DNA of 64,000 nt. Origin: Gracilinanus agilis (taxonomy: Eukaryota). The notes beneath the pieces were generated by a model. That model did no database searches. It was given only the letters and a program-made list of their open reading frames with translations, and was not told the origin of the DNA. Location: positions 470,831,659 through 470,895,658 of the forward strand of contig NC_058132.1 in NCBI RefSeq assembly GCF_016433145.1, given 5' to 3'. Positions 1 through 11,400 of this stretch are shown in pieces; position 1 is the first letter of the stretch, and every line of letters begins with the position of its first letter. Position numbers and translations under genes: made by a program.

Positions 1-1900
1 ATTAATTGAAAACTCAGTAATCTAATTCTAAAGAATAAATGGATCAAAGAACAAATTATAGAAATAATCAATAATTTTATTAAAGGGAAGGACAACAATG
101 AGACAATAGACCGAAAATTATGGGATATATTGAATGCAGTGCTTATGGGGAAACATATCTCTATTAACTTGTCAATAAAATAGAGAAAGAGAAGATTAAT
201 AATTGGACATGCAACTAAAAATACTAGGAAAAGAAAAAAGTTAAAAATCCCCAATTAAACACCAAATTGGAAATCATGAAAATCAAAAGGTGAGATTAAT
301 AAAACTGAAAGTAAGAAAATAATTGAAATAATACATAAAACTATAGGCTGGTTTTATGGGGAAAAACAATAAAATAATTAGATAAAAGAACTTCAATTGA
401 TTACCTTTATTACTTCTTAATTGATGATCCATTCATTTTTTATTTTGGTAATTTGGTTTTCTTCTTTTCCTTTTTTAATCAAATTGACAAATTGTTTAGT
501 GTTTGATAAAGCAAAAGATCAAGTTTTGGATTAAAAAAATCCCTATTTAATAAAAACTTCTGTGCAAACTACAAAACAGTATGACAGAGAAAGGGTATAG
601 ACCAACATCTCACATCATATACTAAGAAAAGGTAAAAATTGATACATGATTTAGAAATAAATGATTCTACATTAGCAAGTTAGAGAAACATAAAGTAGTC
701 TACTTTCCACATCTATAATCAGAGATAGAAAGCATTATAGTACATAAAATGTAATGAAAATGTAAATATAATTTTGTAATGTAAATATTAAATATAATTT
801 TGATTATATTAAACTGAACAGTTTCTGCATAAACAAAACCAATGCAATCAATCTTAGAAGAAAAGGAGGTTGCTTGGGGGGAAAATACAGCAAGTATTCT
901 GATGACAGATTTTATTTCTTAAATATATAGAGAACTGAGTCAAATTTATAAGAATCCAAATTATTCCCAAATCCAAATTATGACCAAATTTGGTCAAAGG
1001 ATATGAACAGGCAGCTCGCTGATGAAGAAATCAAGGATATATATATAGACACTTGAAAAAACATGAAATTGCTCTCAATTAGAGAAATAAAAACTAAAAA
1101 AATCTCTGAGCAACCACCTCACAACTATCAGATTGCTAAGATGACAGAAAAGGATAATGATAGATATTGGAGGAGATGTGGGAAATTGGGACAACAATAT
1201 ATTCTGGAAGAGTTTTAAACTGATCAAACCATTCTGGAGAACAATTTGGAACCATGCTTAAACACTATGCATACCTTTTGATCCAGCAATACTACTAAGC
1301 CTATATCCTAAAGAGATTTTTAAAAGGGGGAAAAGGACCTGCTTGTACAAGAATATTTATAGCAGTTCTTTTTGTGGTGGCAAAGAATTAGAAATTGAGG
1401 GGATATCCATCAGTTGTGGAATAGCTGGACAAGTTGTGGCATAAAATTTTAAAGGAATACTATTGTACTATAAGAAAACATGAGAGTATGGATTTCAGAA
1501 AAAAAAAAGTGCAAAACCTACATGAACTGATGCAAAGTGAACTGAACAGAACCAGGAAAACATTGTACACAGTGAGGAACATTTATTTAAAAAACAGCTC
1601 TTCTTAGTAATACAGTGATCCAAGACAATACTCAAGGACTCATGATGAAAAATGTCATCCACCTCCAGAGAAAGAAATGAAGGAATCTGAATACAGACTA
1701 TGGCATACTATATTTTTATTTTTTCATTTTTCTTTTTATTCATTCAAAATCTCTTTGACAAAATGACAAATATGGGAAAATGTTTTATAGTATCACACGT
1801 GTAAATCTATAATAGATTGTTGTCTCAGGGAGGAGGTAGGGGAAGTAGGAAGATAGAGAGGGTAAAAATTTGGCTCAAAATTTAAATAATAAAAGTTATT
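1..1900 (+). mobile_element. Old L1 (LINE-1) remnant: ORF2 pieces plus 3' UTR, with a short inverted internal segment (~398-500) and the RT region missing
   Basis: 1-385 matches the post-endonuclease part of the in-window L1 ORF2 (~37730-38100). ~505-1600 matches the ORF2 C-terminal region (caacatctcacatcatatac, ccacctcacaactatcagattg, ccattctggagaacaatttgg), followed by a 3' UTR with an A-rich end. Confidence 0.9.
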
Positions 1901-1961
1901 TTTTTTCATTTAATTTAAGGAACAAAGTAAAATATTATTAAAAATAATTCATTGCTGAATA

Positions 1962-2044
1962 CAGGGGTTGAGTACCCATTACTTTTGACTAACAGCTCAA
2001 CTTCTTGGGAACTCGGCATGCAATTAAAATCAAGTTCAACCCTG
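1962..2044. mobile_element. Possible tiny MITE (Tc1/mariner-like termini)
   Basis: Termini caggggttga ... tcaaccctg are near-perfect inverted repeats; TA on the left flank, CA on the right. Confidence 0.35.
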
Positions 2045-5000
2045 CATTTAATGGAAGGAGAGGCTAGTTTACTTTTTGAATACTTTTGGACTCATATCTC
2101 TTCCTTGCTCACTTAGAGCTTAGATGTTTGATTTATGTCTAGGACTCCTCAAAACACAGAGTAAACCAATACTCAATGAACAGTATTAATAAGGTAGGAG
2201 GACAGACATTTATTTCTTACACATAAAGGAAATGGTAAAAAATATAAAAATACTCAACATACTTTGACATAAAACAATTCTTGGGCTCCTCCTCTTGTTA
2301 TTTTTCTGGTATAGGAACTTCTCTTGGAAACAGAAATCTCTACGTATTGGATCCCAAATCTATGTATGGCTTAAACTCTTGTGGCTACTTCCCAACATGG
2401 ATACATCCAACTCGAAGATGTTCACGTTGTAACTTATTTAGAAAAAGAAAATACAAAGTGTTAAATGTAGGAAGGAGCTAAAGACCACTTTTACCTTAAG
2501 TCTATGATCTACATGAATATGGTCATAGAATAGGGACCAATGGATAGTATCTGCTCCTCATCATCATCCCTGCTTCCCCTTTAACCATGCTGGACATGAC
2601 TAGCATTTTCAGACTTTGTTGGTACCTAGAACTGCCTCTGTTTTCAGGCTCTAGAATGAAACAAGAGGAGGCTACTGGTAGTTGTTTCTGCCCAGAATAG
2701 GTACCAGATAGCAAAGTATGATTTTCTCTTCTCTCTCCCCACTATTGACCTAGAGTTCAACTGAGGTCAACATCAAATTTATTCTTTTCTGTGAAGTTTC
2801 TTCACTAATTTTTAATGCAGCAGGAAGATACAGAATTTGCTACTGGTATATAGAGAAATAGAAGCAATAAAGATTTGAGCCTTGGTCTCCAAAAGTGCCA
2901 GGCTTTCTTCTGGCTAGGGGCTGAGTCAAATCAAGAAAGAATATTACGATTTTGATTTATTAATAAATTTATATTTTTTCCAAAAAGTAAGAGCTAAGTT
3001 GGATCCACAGTTTTGCTTTGCTCAAGAGTAAGAACACATAAGTGTGCCATTTTGCTGTCTAAGATGGGACAAGACTAGAATGTTGGAACATATGGTTTCA
3101 TTTAATCACTCCTTGCCTTGTACCCTTCCACAAAACGTGCTACAGAGAAAAGTGCCTGTAGAAGTGGGGTTATCTTGCAAAAGAAAAAAAAGCTTCGAGT
3201 TTTTCTCACTCACACTAATCATAAATTAAAAGAGGATAAATATTAATTTTCTCCTTTTTGGTTTTGCCTTAAACATCACACTCAGAGCTTCAACATGTTC
3301 TCTGGCATGGTCCTTATTACAGACGAATATGATTAAGCATCATGGTATTCATCCAGATTAAATTAAAGTATTTTTTCTTTGAAGTATTCTATCATGGTCA
3401 TTTAGTCTGTACTTGGGAAAATTATATGCTTTAAAATATTCCTAATTATTTTCATTGTCTGCTTTAACCTTTCTGACCATATTACCCTTTTATTGACTAT
3501 TTGTATTACAAGACTATAATGAGAAAAGAAAATCTTAAGCTAACTGCCATAAAATATAAAATGGCAGAATTTTTAAAATGATGCCATTAGCTAATTTAAA
3601 GCTATTACAATAACATGAACTAATTTCCTTCTGTTCACTAGTGAGACCTTGTTTTTGTCATATTAATTTGACATCCACAATTGTATCAAATCAGCCTGCT
3701 TGCTATAGTTAACCAATGAGATCATTGCCCTGGAGCTTCACATTTATTATCTTTGTTTTAGCATAGGCTTGAATGATAAGAAAATTACCATTTGAATGTT
3801 TACTAATATTTAGACAGAGGGCTTTAGGAAGATTAATAATATTTTGTACTTATTAAATAAATAATCACTTTGGAGAAGCAAGCTACTCTTGGGAATCAAG
3901 CAGCACTAGATCCAATCTGTCTATGTGATGATTACAAATAAATTTGGAGAAACATAATAATTATATATATACATATATATGCACACACAAACATACATAT
4001 AATATATAACCATGGTAGTATTTTCTTTCTGGTGAAACTAGACTTTTCTCTGTATAGAATGTTATTTAACATACATTTTGAACAAGCATGTTCTTCAATA
4101 AATAGAAGATGTTCCTATCACCCCACACTAATCCTCTCTCCTCAGCATGCTTTCCTTTGAGTTTATTATTGAGACTTCCCCTTCAAGTATTGGAATAGTT
4201 TTGCTAAGATGATCAAGAATGATTGGGAGATGTGGCAGCCACTATTCACAGTCCCCTGAAGCAACTCCATAGTATTTAGATGAGAGCTGACCTATATTCA
4301 GGACCAATAAGGTGAAGAATGTTGCTTCAAACATCAGTATTATCTGATTTGTATTATAATCTTCTCATTTCATTTCTTTGTTTCCTGATTGTGTTGATAA
4401 ATCAAATCTCAGAAATATACATAGCATTTTGGTAGCAAATACTTCACTATATTTAAAAATATTTGCCCCTCAGAGACAAATCCTGGGGACTATGATTAAA
4501 ACACCAACTTCTCTCTAAATCATGCCATCTGAGGACATATCATTTACCTTCCTAGTTAACCAGTAATTTTAAGAGGGTTGCTTGGAACACTGAGGGGTTA
4601 AATGGCTTTCCAAGGGCCATAGCCAATGCTTAATGTCCCTGAGCAACTTTCTCAAACTATAAATTGTAGAGCAACTACCCTGCTGCACTGAAAGGAGCAG
4701 TTTGCTTACTGGAAATTTATAACTATGAAATCACAGTCTAGCATAGGAAAAAATAACAAAAAAACCCCAACAAAATGAAAAGTAAACTGAGATTACCTTT
4801 CTTAGGCAGTCATGGAGATGATGTGAAAACAAAGGGAATGCCATATAAAACATACTGATAACTCATTAAAAATTCTAAACTTCAAGCATTATTCTAAATA
4901 TATGTTCAAAATATATAGTTATGAAATGAATATGATTGCTAAAGGATATGTTTAATAATCTGATATTCAGAGTTTATAATTTTTGGCATTTCATTCTCTT

Positions 5001-5633
5001 ATAATATCTTTTGTCCCTAGTTTGTAATCTTAAAAAATTCATTGACTGATCAAAAATAGTTGAGCCATTGAGGTAAAGATAGAACCAGGTCAAGCTTTAT
5101 GAACTTTTCTCACCAAGAGAAATATTGTATTGTGATTTTACTCAAGTCATCCCTCATAAAAGATAATATAAATAAGGAACTTTAGATTATTCACTATTTT
5201 ATGGTTCTGTTTAACCGTATATTCTCTGCATGTAATTCTATTGGATGATTGGTATTGTAGTGATAAGTTGTAAGGAATAATCCCAATTATTAATTAGTGG
5301 AATAATTGTGTATGAGAATCAGTAAACAATAATCATAGTGTGAATAAAATAACAACAAAAATCCTCTGAAATGCCTTGGCAAGATAGCCTTGCCAAGGCG
5401 AGCTGTCCACCTGCATCTAGAATGTTGGAATGTGTCCAAACATTATATTTCAGTTGACTTTGAAGCTACAAGAGTGAGCTTGGCTTTCTACCATATATAG
5501 AATGAATCATTACTTCATATAATATACCTACTTAAAAAAAGAGGCTTTCTCTTTTTGCCCCTTCTAAGAAGAAATATTTGAAGAATATTCCCATTTTAAA
5601 GGGAGGAGTAGTGTAATCTGACTTTATATATAC

Positions 5634-5711
5634 CAGTTGACACAGAAACTCTGGGTTGTTTGGCAGAACTGTGATGAGTCTTGACCCTGACATTTTGTAA
5701 TTTACAACTTT
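5634..5711 (-). other. Weak candidate 78-nt exon
   Basis: Minus-strand acceptor atttattgcag| and weak donor G|gtatat. Two frames are open (KVVNYKMSGSRLITVLPNNPEFLCQL or SCKLQNVRVKTHHSSAKQPRVSVST). No protein recognised. Confidence 0.15.
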
Positions 5712-6012
5712 CTGCAATAAATGCCAGATAATTGCTTCCCACTATTTATTTTTAGTTCTTACACTCTTCCTGCTAAGACTAAAGAGATGATAAAAGAGAA
5801 GGAAGTAGATAAATCTAGACATATTGGGAAGCTATGAGAATAGCTGAAATGACAGAAAAGGAAACGATTGAACTCAGTAGATTTTTAATGATAGGGAGAA
5901 AGGAATATTTAGAGATAGGAATAGGATACCTGGGCTTTCTCCTCCTTGATGATACATAGGACATAGGAAAGTTAATACTATTAGAAATGAATCAAATAGA
6001 CCCATAGTAATA

Positions 6013-6138
6013 TGTGAAAGGGGGAATGCTCGTACATAGTGATCCTATCTGGGAGACCATTTGTGAATCATCCTTGGGAAACATTTGGATCTCCTTTGTG
6101 CAAGCAATTTATAGAGAGATAGAATATAGGGTGTTACA
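6013..6138. mobile_element. Miniature (126-bp) LTR-like insertion
   Basis: Begins tgtgaaagg and ends gtgttaca (TG...CA); flanked by aata at 6009-6012 and 6139-6142. Confidence 0.4.
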
Positions 6139-6199
6139 AATATCCTTGAACTCCTGGGTCTGGGGATGCCCAGATATAATACTAATAATAATACTAGCT

Positions 6200-7030
6200 A
6201 GGGGCAGTAGGTGGCTGAGTGAATAAAGGTTCCAAGTCTGGAGTTCTGAAGACCTGGATTCAAATTTGGTCTCAGACTGTGTGAGATGGGATTAAAATGT
6301 GTGATTCTCAAAGCAAAATATCTGACTTTTCTCCCATGCCAATATTCTTAGAGTAGAGGCACCCAGTTGAGAGGAAGGAGTATGGAAATAGACTCTGTGG
6401 CTTTCCCAGAGAAAGCATTTGGGTTGCTTCCAATTAAATTCAGACTTGCAATAATATGTTAAATTCACAAAGAACAATTTGATAAGCCAGTCTGGGAAAA
6501 GTACAGAGAGACTTCTAAAATCAGGTTGGTGATTGATAATAGGGCAGCAAACCTGGGAGAAAATACAGAGACTTCTAACCTCAGAAATTAATCTTATGGG
6601 AATATGGGGGCAATGTAACTCGTGAGGAGGATGAAAATCTTGTTGGGGGGTACATAATTCTTATATATAATTGAAATCTAGATCATGTACCCAAAGATGA
6701 TAACATCACAGCCCCCTCCCAACAAGAAGGGGGCTGGACGAGAAGAAGGGGGGAAAATTTTGTGTATGGATCACGATAAAAATTCTGTTTTTATACCCAG
6801 GCTTGGCATTTTACTAACAGAGCATTTTGCCATTTAGGGCGGATTGTCACTAAGGAAATCTACTACCTTTTCTGGATGGAGAATAAAAACTGCTGTTTTA
6901 TCATTGCCTTCTCTCTCTAATCCAGCTTATTGATGGTGGGTGATTTTTGAGCTACGCTTAATCTCATTCCACTTAAGATTACTGTATGACCTTGGGTAAG
7001 TTACTTCACTCTGCTTAGTCCATTTTCCTT
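6200..7030 (+). mobile_element. Marsupial CORE-SINE (MAR1/MIR-type) split by an LTR; head 6200-6277, remainder ~6972-7030
   Basis: Head ggggcagtaggtggctgagtg...gacctggattcaaatttggtctcagac resumes ~700 bp later as acttaagattactgtatgaccttgggtaagttacttcac. Confidence 0.7.
6278..6971 (+). mobile_element. Solo ERV LTR inserted in the SINE
   Basis: Starts tgtg(t)gagatgggattaa and ends ttaatctcattcca (loosely inverted termini). Contains an internal ~32-bp duplicated block (6492-6524, 6553-6584) and AATAAA at 6882-6887. TSD not clean. Confidence 0.6.
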
Positions 7031-7079
7031 CCTCCTTAGAGTTGTTACTAAGACAGAAAGTAAGGGTTTTTTAAAAATA

Positions 7080-7325
7080 CTAGCTAGCATATTAGTATAG
7101 AGCACTTTGAGGTTTTTAATGCACTTTACATATGTTATATCATTGATCTGACAATAACTCTGAGTTACAGGTGCTACTATTAGGCTCATTTTGAAAATGA
7201 GGAATCTGAAGTTGAAAGAGTCTTAAAATTTGCCCAGGGTTGCATAACTAGTAAGTTTCTGAGAAAAGATATGAACTCAGGGTTTCCTGAATCCAAGTCT
7301 AGCACTCTGTCTACTACATCACCTA
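7080..7325 (-). mobile_element. MIR/CORE-SINE
   Basis: Antisense CORE (cattttgaaaatgaggaatctgaag...tttgcccagggttgcataactagtaag) and antisense tRNA-like head. Confidence 0.8.
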
Positions 7326-9212
7326 ACTACAGATGTGAGAAAAGCCCATGATACATAGCCTGGGGTAGGGTTGGGCAAAGACATAGTGAATATATATGTA
7401 TGTGTGTACATATATATGTACACATTTATTTATTCCTGAGTCATGAGTAATTAAACTTTATAGAGTTAAGCTATGCTGGTGTTATAGTCTCTAATTCATA
7501 ATATATACAAGGTTAGGCATTATTAAAATTCAGTAGACTGGAAGCAAAATGAAGTTTTTGGTGCAAATGGGTTCATGACACATTTCCAATTGGAAAAAAA
7601 ATCATGCTGACTACACACCTCTGCCATTTGTTATCCACAAAAGAGTGTTGTTGTTAGGGGAAAGAAGTAGTGACTTTTTGAGAACCATGCAGAAAAGATT
7701 GATGGACTCCCTGAGTACCCCCTGGTGAGAGGTAGTGGTTATATATTTATAACCACCCTGGCAAGTTTTCGATTATTAGCTACTGGGCCCTCATCAATGA
7801 AAAAGGTCAGGTAACTGAAGAGAGTGCCCTAGGCACATACACTTGTTTTATTCGTGTCTCTAATATGATGAATATCCTATTTGCACAATTCATTTCAATA
7901 AAAACACTTCAAGATCCCAAAGTGATTTTACAGCCATTGAAGGTAATGATATTGAAATGTTGTACAAGATTAAGAATTTGAGAATTCTTGACACTTGAAA
8001 AGATTCTCTTTCTTATCTATATTATTCATTCTTTTTTCTTATTTAAAGTTATCAAAGGTATAGAGCTAATTAATTTAGTGAATTGTGATCTAAGTTCTAG
8101 AGCTATTTAAAACACTCATGCTTCTGGAAAATGATGTTTGGCCTCATTAAACTAGTTTAGGATTTAGACACTTATATAGCAGAGATTTACATTTTCCTTT
8201 GAACTGTCAGAAAGTGAAAACTTTTGTTTACTGTTTTCCCTAAAACTTAAAAAAAAAGAGTGGGACCCATGGACTTTGCATATAGTATTTTTCTTTTAAA
8301 TATAACATAACGTTTTCATTTCACAGGAATTCAAAAGACTTTCCTTTGAAAACCAGTAAACTAAAAACAAGTTCACAAAATAGTTATACAGAAATACAAA
8401 GAAAATATGTCCTTGAATCTTCTCTCCCTTCCTCTAAAACTATTTTGTAACTTTGCTATTGTTCAGTTGGGCTAGTAATTTAGTCTATAAACTTTTAAAC
8501 ATGAGATTATGAATAATAGAAAAAATTATACTCTCAAAATGTATTACCTAATGTAATATAAATAATGTGAAATATATATCACATCATAATGTAATTTTAA
8601 AAAAATTCCATAATAAAATGCTTAAAAAACTACAGTAGTTTTTTCTTAGAGTAAAACGACTCTCATTTAAATTCCTGGTCAAGGTGTAACTTTGTATAAA
8701 TCATTTCACCTAGCAGAGGGCTTGGTTTTCTTACCTATTAAATGAGAGTGTTCAATTTTTTTTTTGGAGTAGAATAGTCTGGTATGGGGCTAGAGGTTAG
8801 GTATATTAACCAGAATTTCTATAAGATACTTAGGAAGCAGCAAGAAATGAGAAGCAAGGGAGCTAAACAAATAAATAAATAAATTTATTCAGCACATACT
8901 CATTACAAGAAAGGCTAAGTAGGCAGGGGAAGGGAAAACGGTCCGAGTGGACTGGTCATCTTTAGTTGGAAAAAGATGTCAGAATTTTCCTAATGATAGT
9001 CTGATTCTACTCTATTCTGGACCCTCACTCAAGGGCATTAAGTATGACCAAGGACTGAACCCAATAAGCAACAGTGAGGCAGGATCAGAGGATATGTAAA
9101 TGTTTGATAATAAGGGGACCCTGAATATTAGTCCTCATTTGCTAATTAGTTACCCCTAAGATGGCAAGGAAGTATCTAGATAGTGAAGGGGGCTATCAGC
9201 TAAAGATCACTT

Positions 9213-9492
9213 TCAATAACTGTAAAAGACTGCTTCTAGTACTAAAACTGATTTTTCTGTTGTTTTCTTAATCTTTCTAAAGGCAAGTGGAAGACTATTT
9301 AATTGAGCATCTAAAGTTTTACTTTTTGATCTATAGCCACTATCTGGATCATCCTCTTCTTCCCCTGAACATTTATCAAAAGCTCTACTTAATCTTTCAT
9401 TTTTCCCATTTTGTCTTTCCTTGATCAACAGGCTCACTGCCTGAGTCCTTCCTCTCATTTCCTGCTCAGAGACACTGATAATAGTGAAATTT
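9213..9492 (-). other. Candidate coding exon of an unidentified gene (NFTIISVSEQEMRG...EEEDDPDSGY...VFYSY*)
   Basis: Branch-like actaat (9520-9525), pyrimidine tract and AG acceptor (attattttctcctttag|), then 1 nt plus 92 sense codons to TGA in non-repeat sequence. No homolog recognised. Confidence 0.3.
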
Positions 9493-10038
9493 CTAAAGGA
9501 GAAAATAATTACTGGAAGCATTAGTAAGTATTAGAAGATAAAAAAAGGACAAATCTCTGAAGTTCCACACTTGAGTTCATTTCAAATTAATGTCAAAAAG
9601 TTGGCTGTTTAAATCAAATTTGTTTTAGTTGTTTGAAATCATTCAAAATTAACTCAGAAATTCATGGGAAGAGTTTATTTCATCAGTTTCCCATCATCCT
9701 ATTCCTTCTCTCAGTCAGAAGTATTACCTATTCTTTTCATTGCATTTCATCCATTAACTGAAGATAGAGAGGGAAATGCTTATCAGGAAACTTCACAAAC
9801 TCAAAGATTTCATTTCAAAGCAGGTAAAGGTCCAAGAATTATATGTGTTTATAGCACTGGTTCATCCATCTTTTGCTATCAGTTCTGCTGTTGCCGAAGA
9901 GGCTAGCATTTCACAAAGCTTAAAGGAATTAAAGAAAGAAGAGAAGGTGGACTGTTACAAGAGATAGACTCAGATGGCACCAGTTATAGTGAGGAGATGC
10001 TTGATTACCAACTGTTTTTGGACTCTTCTTAAACTTAC

Positions 10039-10115
10039 ATTGCCAGAGTGGCTCTACTAATATGATTCCAAGATTTGTAGAGATAAACATCAAGTTTAGT
10101 TTTGGTTGAACACTT
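10039..10115 (-). other. Candidate 77-nt exon (KCSTKTKLDVYLYKSWNHISRATLA), phase-compatible with 9213-9492
   Basis: Acceptor tttcttcatgtttcag| and consensus donor |gtaagt. It ends in phase 2 (AT), which the next exon's first A completes to ATA, keeping the frame open. Confidence 0.27.
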
Positions 10116-10439
10116 CTGAAACATGAAGAAACTGCCTTAAAGTTGTGTGCATTCTAGAAACTGTTTTTATATGATTTAGTTTTCTTTTTTCTTCTGCTAT
10201 ACAGGTTTTGTCCTGAGCAGGGGGGAAAAGATTCTCAATGGATATTCTCTATGAATTGCAAAGTAAAACCTAATTTCGCCATTAGATTTCATTAGATTTG
10301 GTCTGTTAAGATGGTGTATGTTTTTACAGTTTCCAACTGTTATATCTTGGATATTGGTCTCACATATTTCTTAAGATCATGGAGAATTTAATAATGTTCT
10401 TGATTAATGGGCTGTCATGTGAAAAAAGGATTAAAGTTC

Positions 10440-10680
10440 TGTGTGCCTCCCCAGGGCAGCCCTATGAACAAAGGGTGGAAGGTACAAAGAAGCGAATTTA
10501 GACTTTATGAAGCAAAAATGTGTTAAAAAATTAAAGGTATTCAAACGTGGAATGGTCTGCTTTGAGAGGTAATGACTCCCCACTCATTTTGAAGACTTAA
10601 AAATCTAGAAATATCTGTCAAGTATGTTCTCATTGGGATTATTTTTATTGCAGTAAGAGTAGGTGGCCAGTCAGTTCCTT
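10440..10680 (+). mobile_element. L3/CR1 (or MIR3-tail) 3' remnant
   Basis: CR1-like 3' motifs: gaatttagact..., tggaatggtctgctttgagaggtaatgactcccc. Confidence 0.55.
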
Positions 10681-10949
10681 TCTATTCTAATCATCTTTGA
10701 TTCTCTGATAAAATTACCATTGCCCCAACCCAAGATACTTCACTGAATTTGTGATCAAGAGTTAGAAATAATACAGGGAGACTACAGATATTTGTCAGAT
10801 AACAGCTTTCCCAGTAGGCTTGATTTCTTCTCCTAGGTGTTGATTTATTCTGCCTAATACTAATGTGGTTATTCATTCTGGGAGATGCCACTTTCATCTT
10901 GTGCTATCCTCAACATTTATTATTATTTCTACCTCTTTAATGCTTGATA

Positions 10950-11400
10950 GAACTGGGCACCAGTAACTCCTCTCTTTTCCCAAGCTGACAAAGAAAAAAT
11001 GATGGATTTGCAGTGGGGAAAGACTGGCAACAGGGAGATTAATTAGAAGGTTATTGAAATATTCCAGGTGAAAAGTTAATAAACACCTGATTTAGGGTTG
11101 TGGCTTTGTGAATGGAAAGGAATGAATATGAAATACATTTGTTGAAGTAACAACAACAGGTCATAAAAACTGATTGAACATGAGAGGTCATGGAGAGGAA
11201 AGAATTGAAGATGACACGGGTTTTGAGCCTTGATGAATGAAAATAGCATGGTACCCTATGGGATGACTCTGATGTTATGAATTTGAGTGTCTGAAAAGTT
11301 GATGATGCTTTCAAAGACATAGCAGAGTTAGAGAAAAGGCAGGATTCGACAGAGAAGATAGTGAGTTCTATTTTGCTTGTTTTTTTCCCCTCTAAAATCA
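10950..11400 (+). mobile_element. Degraded L2 remnant
   Basis: L2-like purine-rich text (gaattgaagatgacacgggttttgagccttgatgaatgaaaatagcatggtacc). Confidence 0.5.

Noticed and set aside
9664-9967. Plus-strand ORFs of 80 and 63 aa
   Set aside because: No convincing splice signals or recognisable protein; would lie in the intron of the minus-strand candidate.
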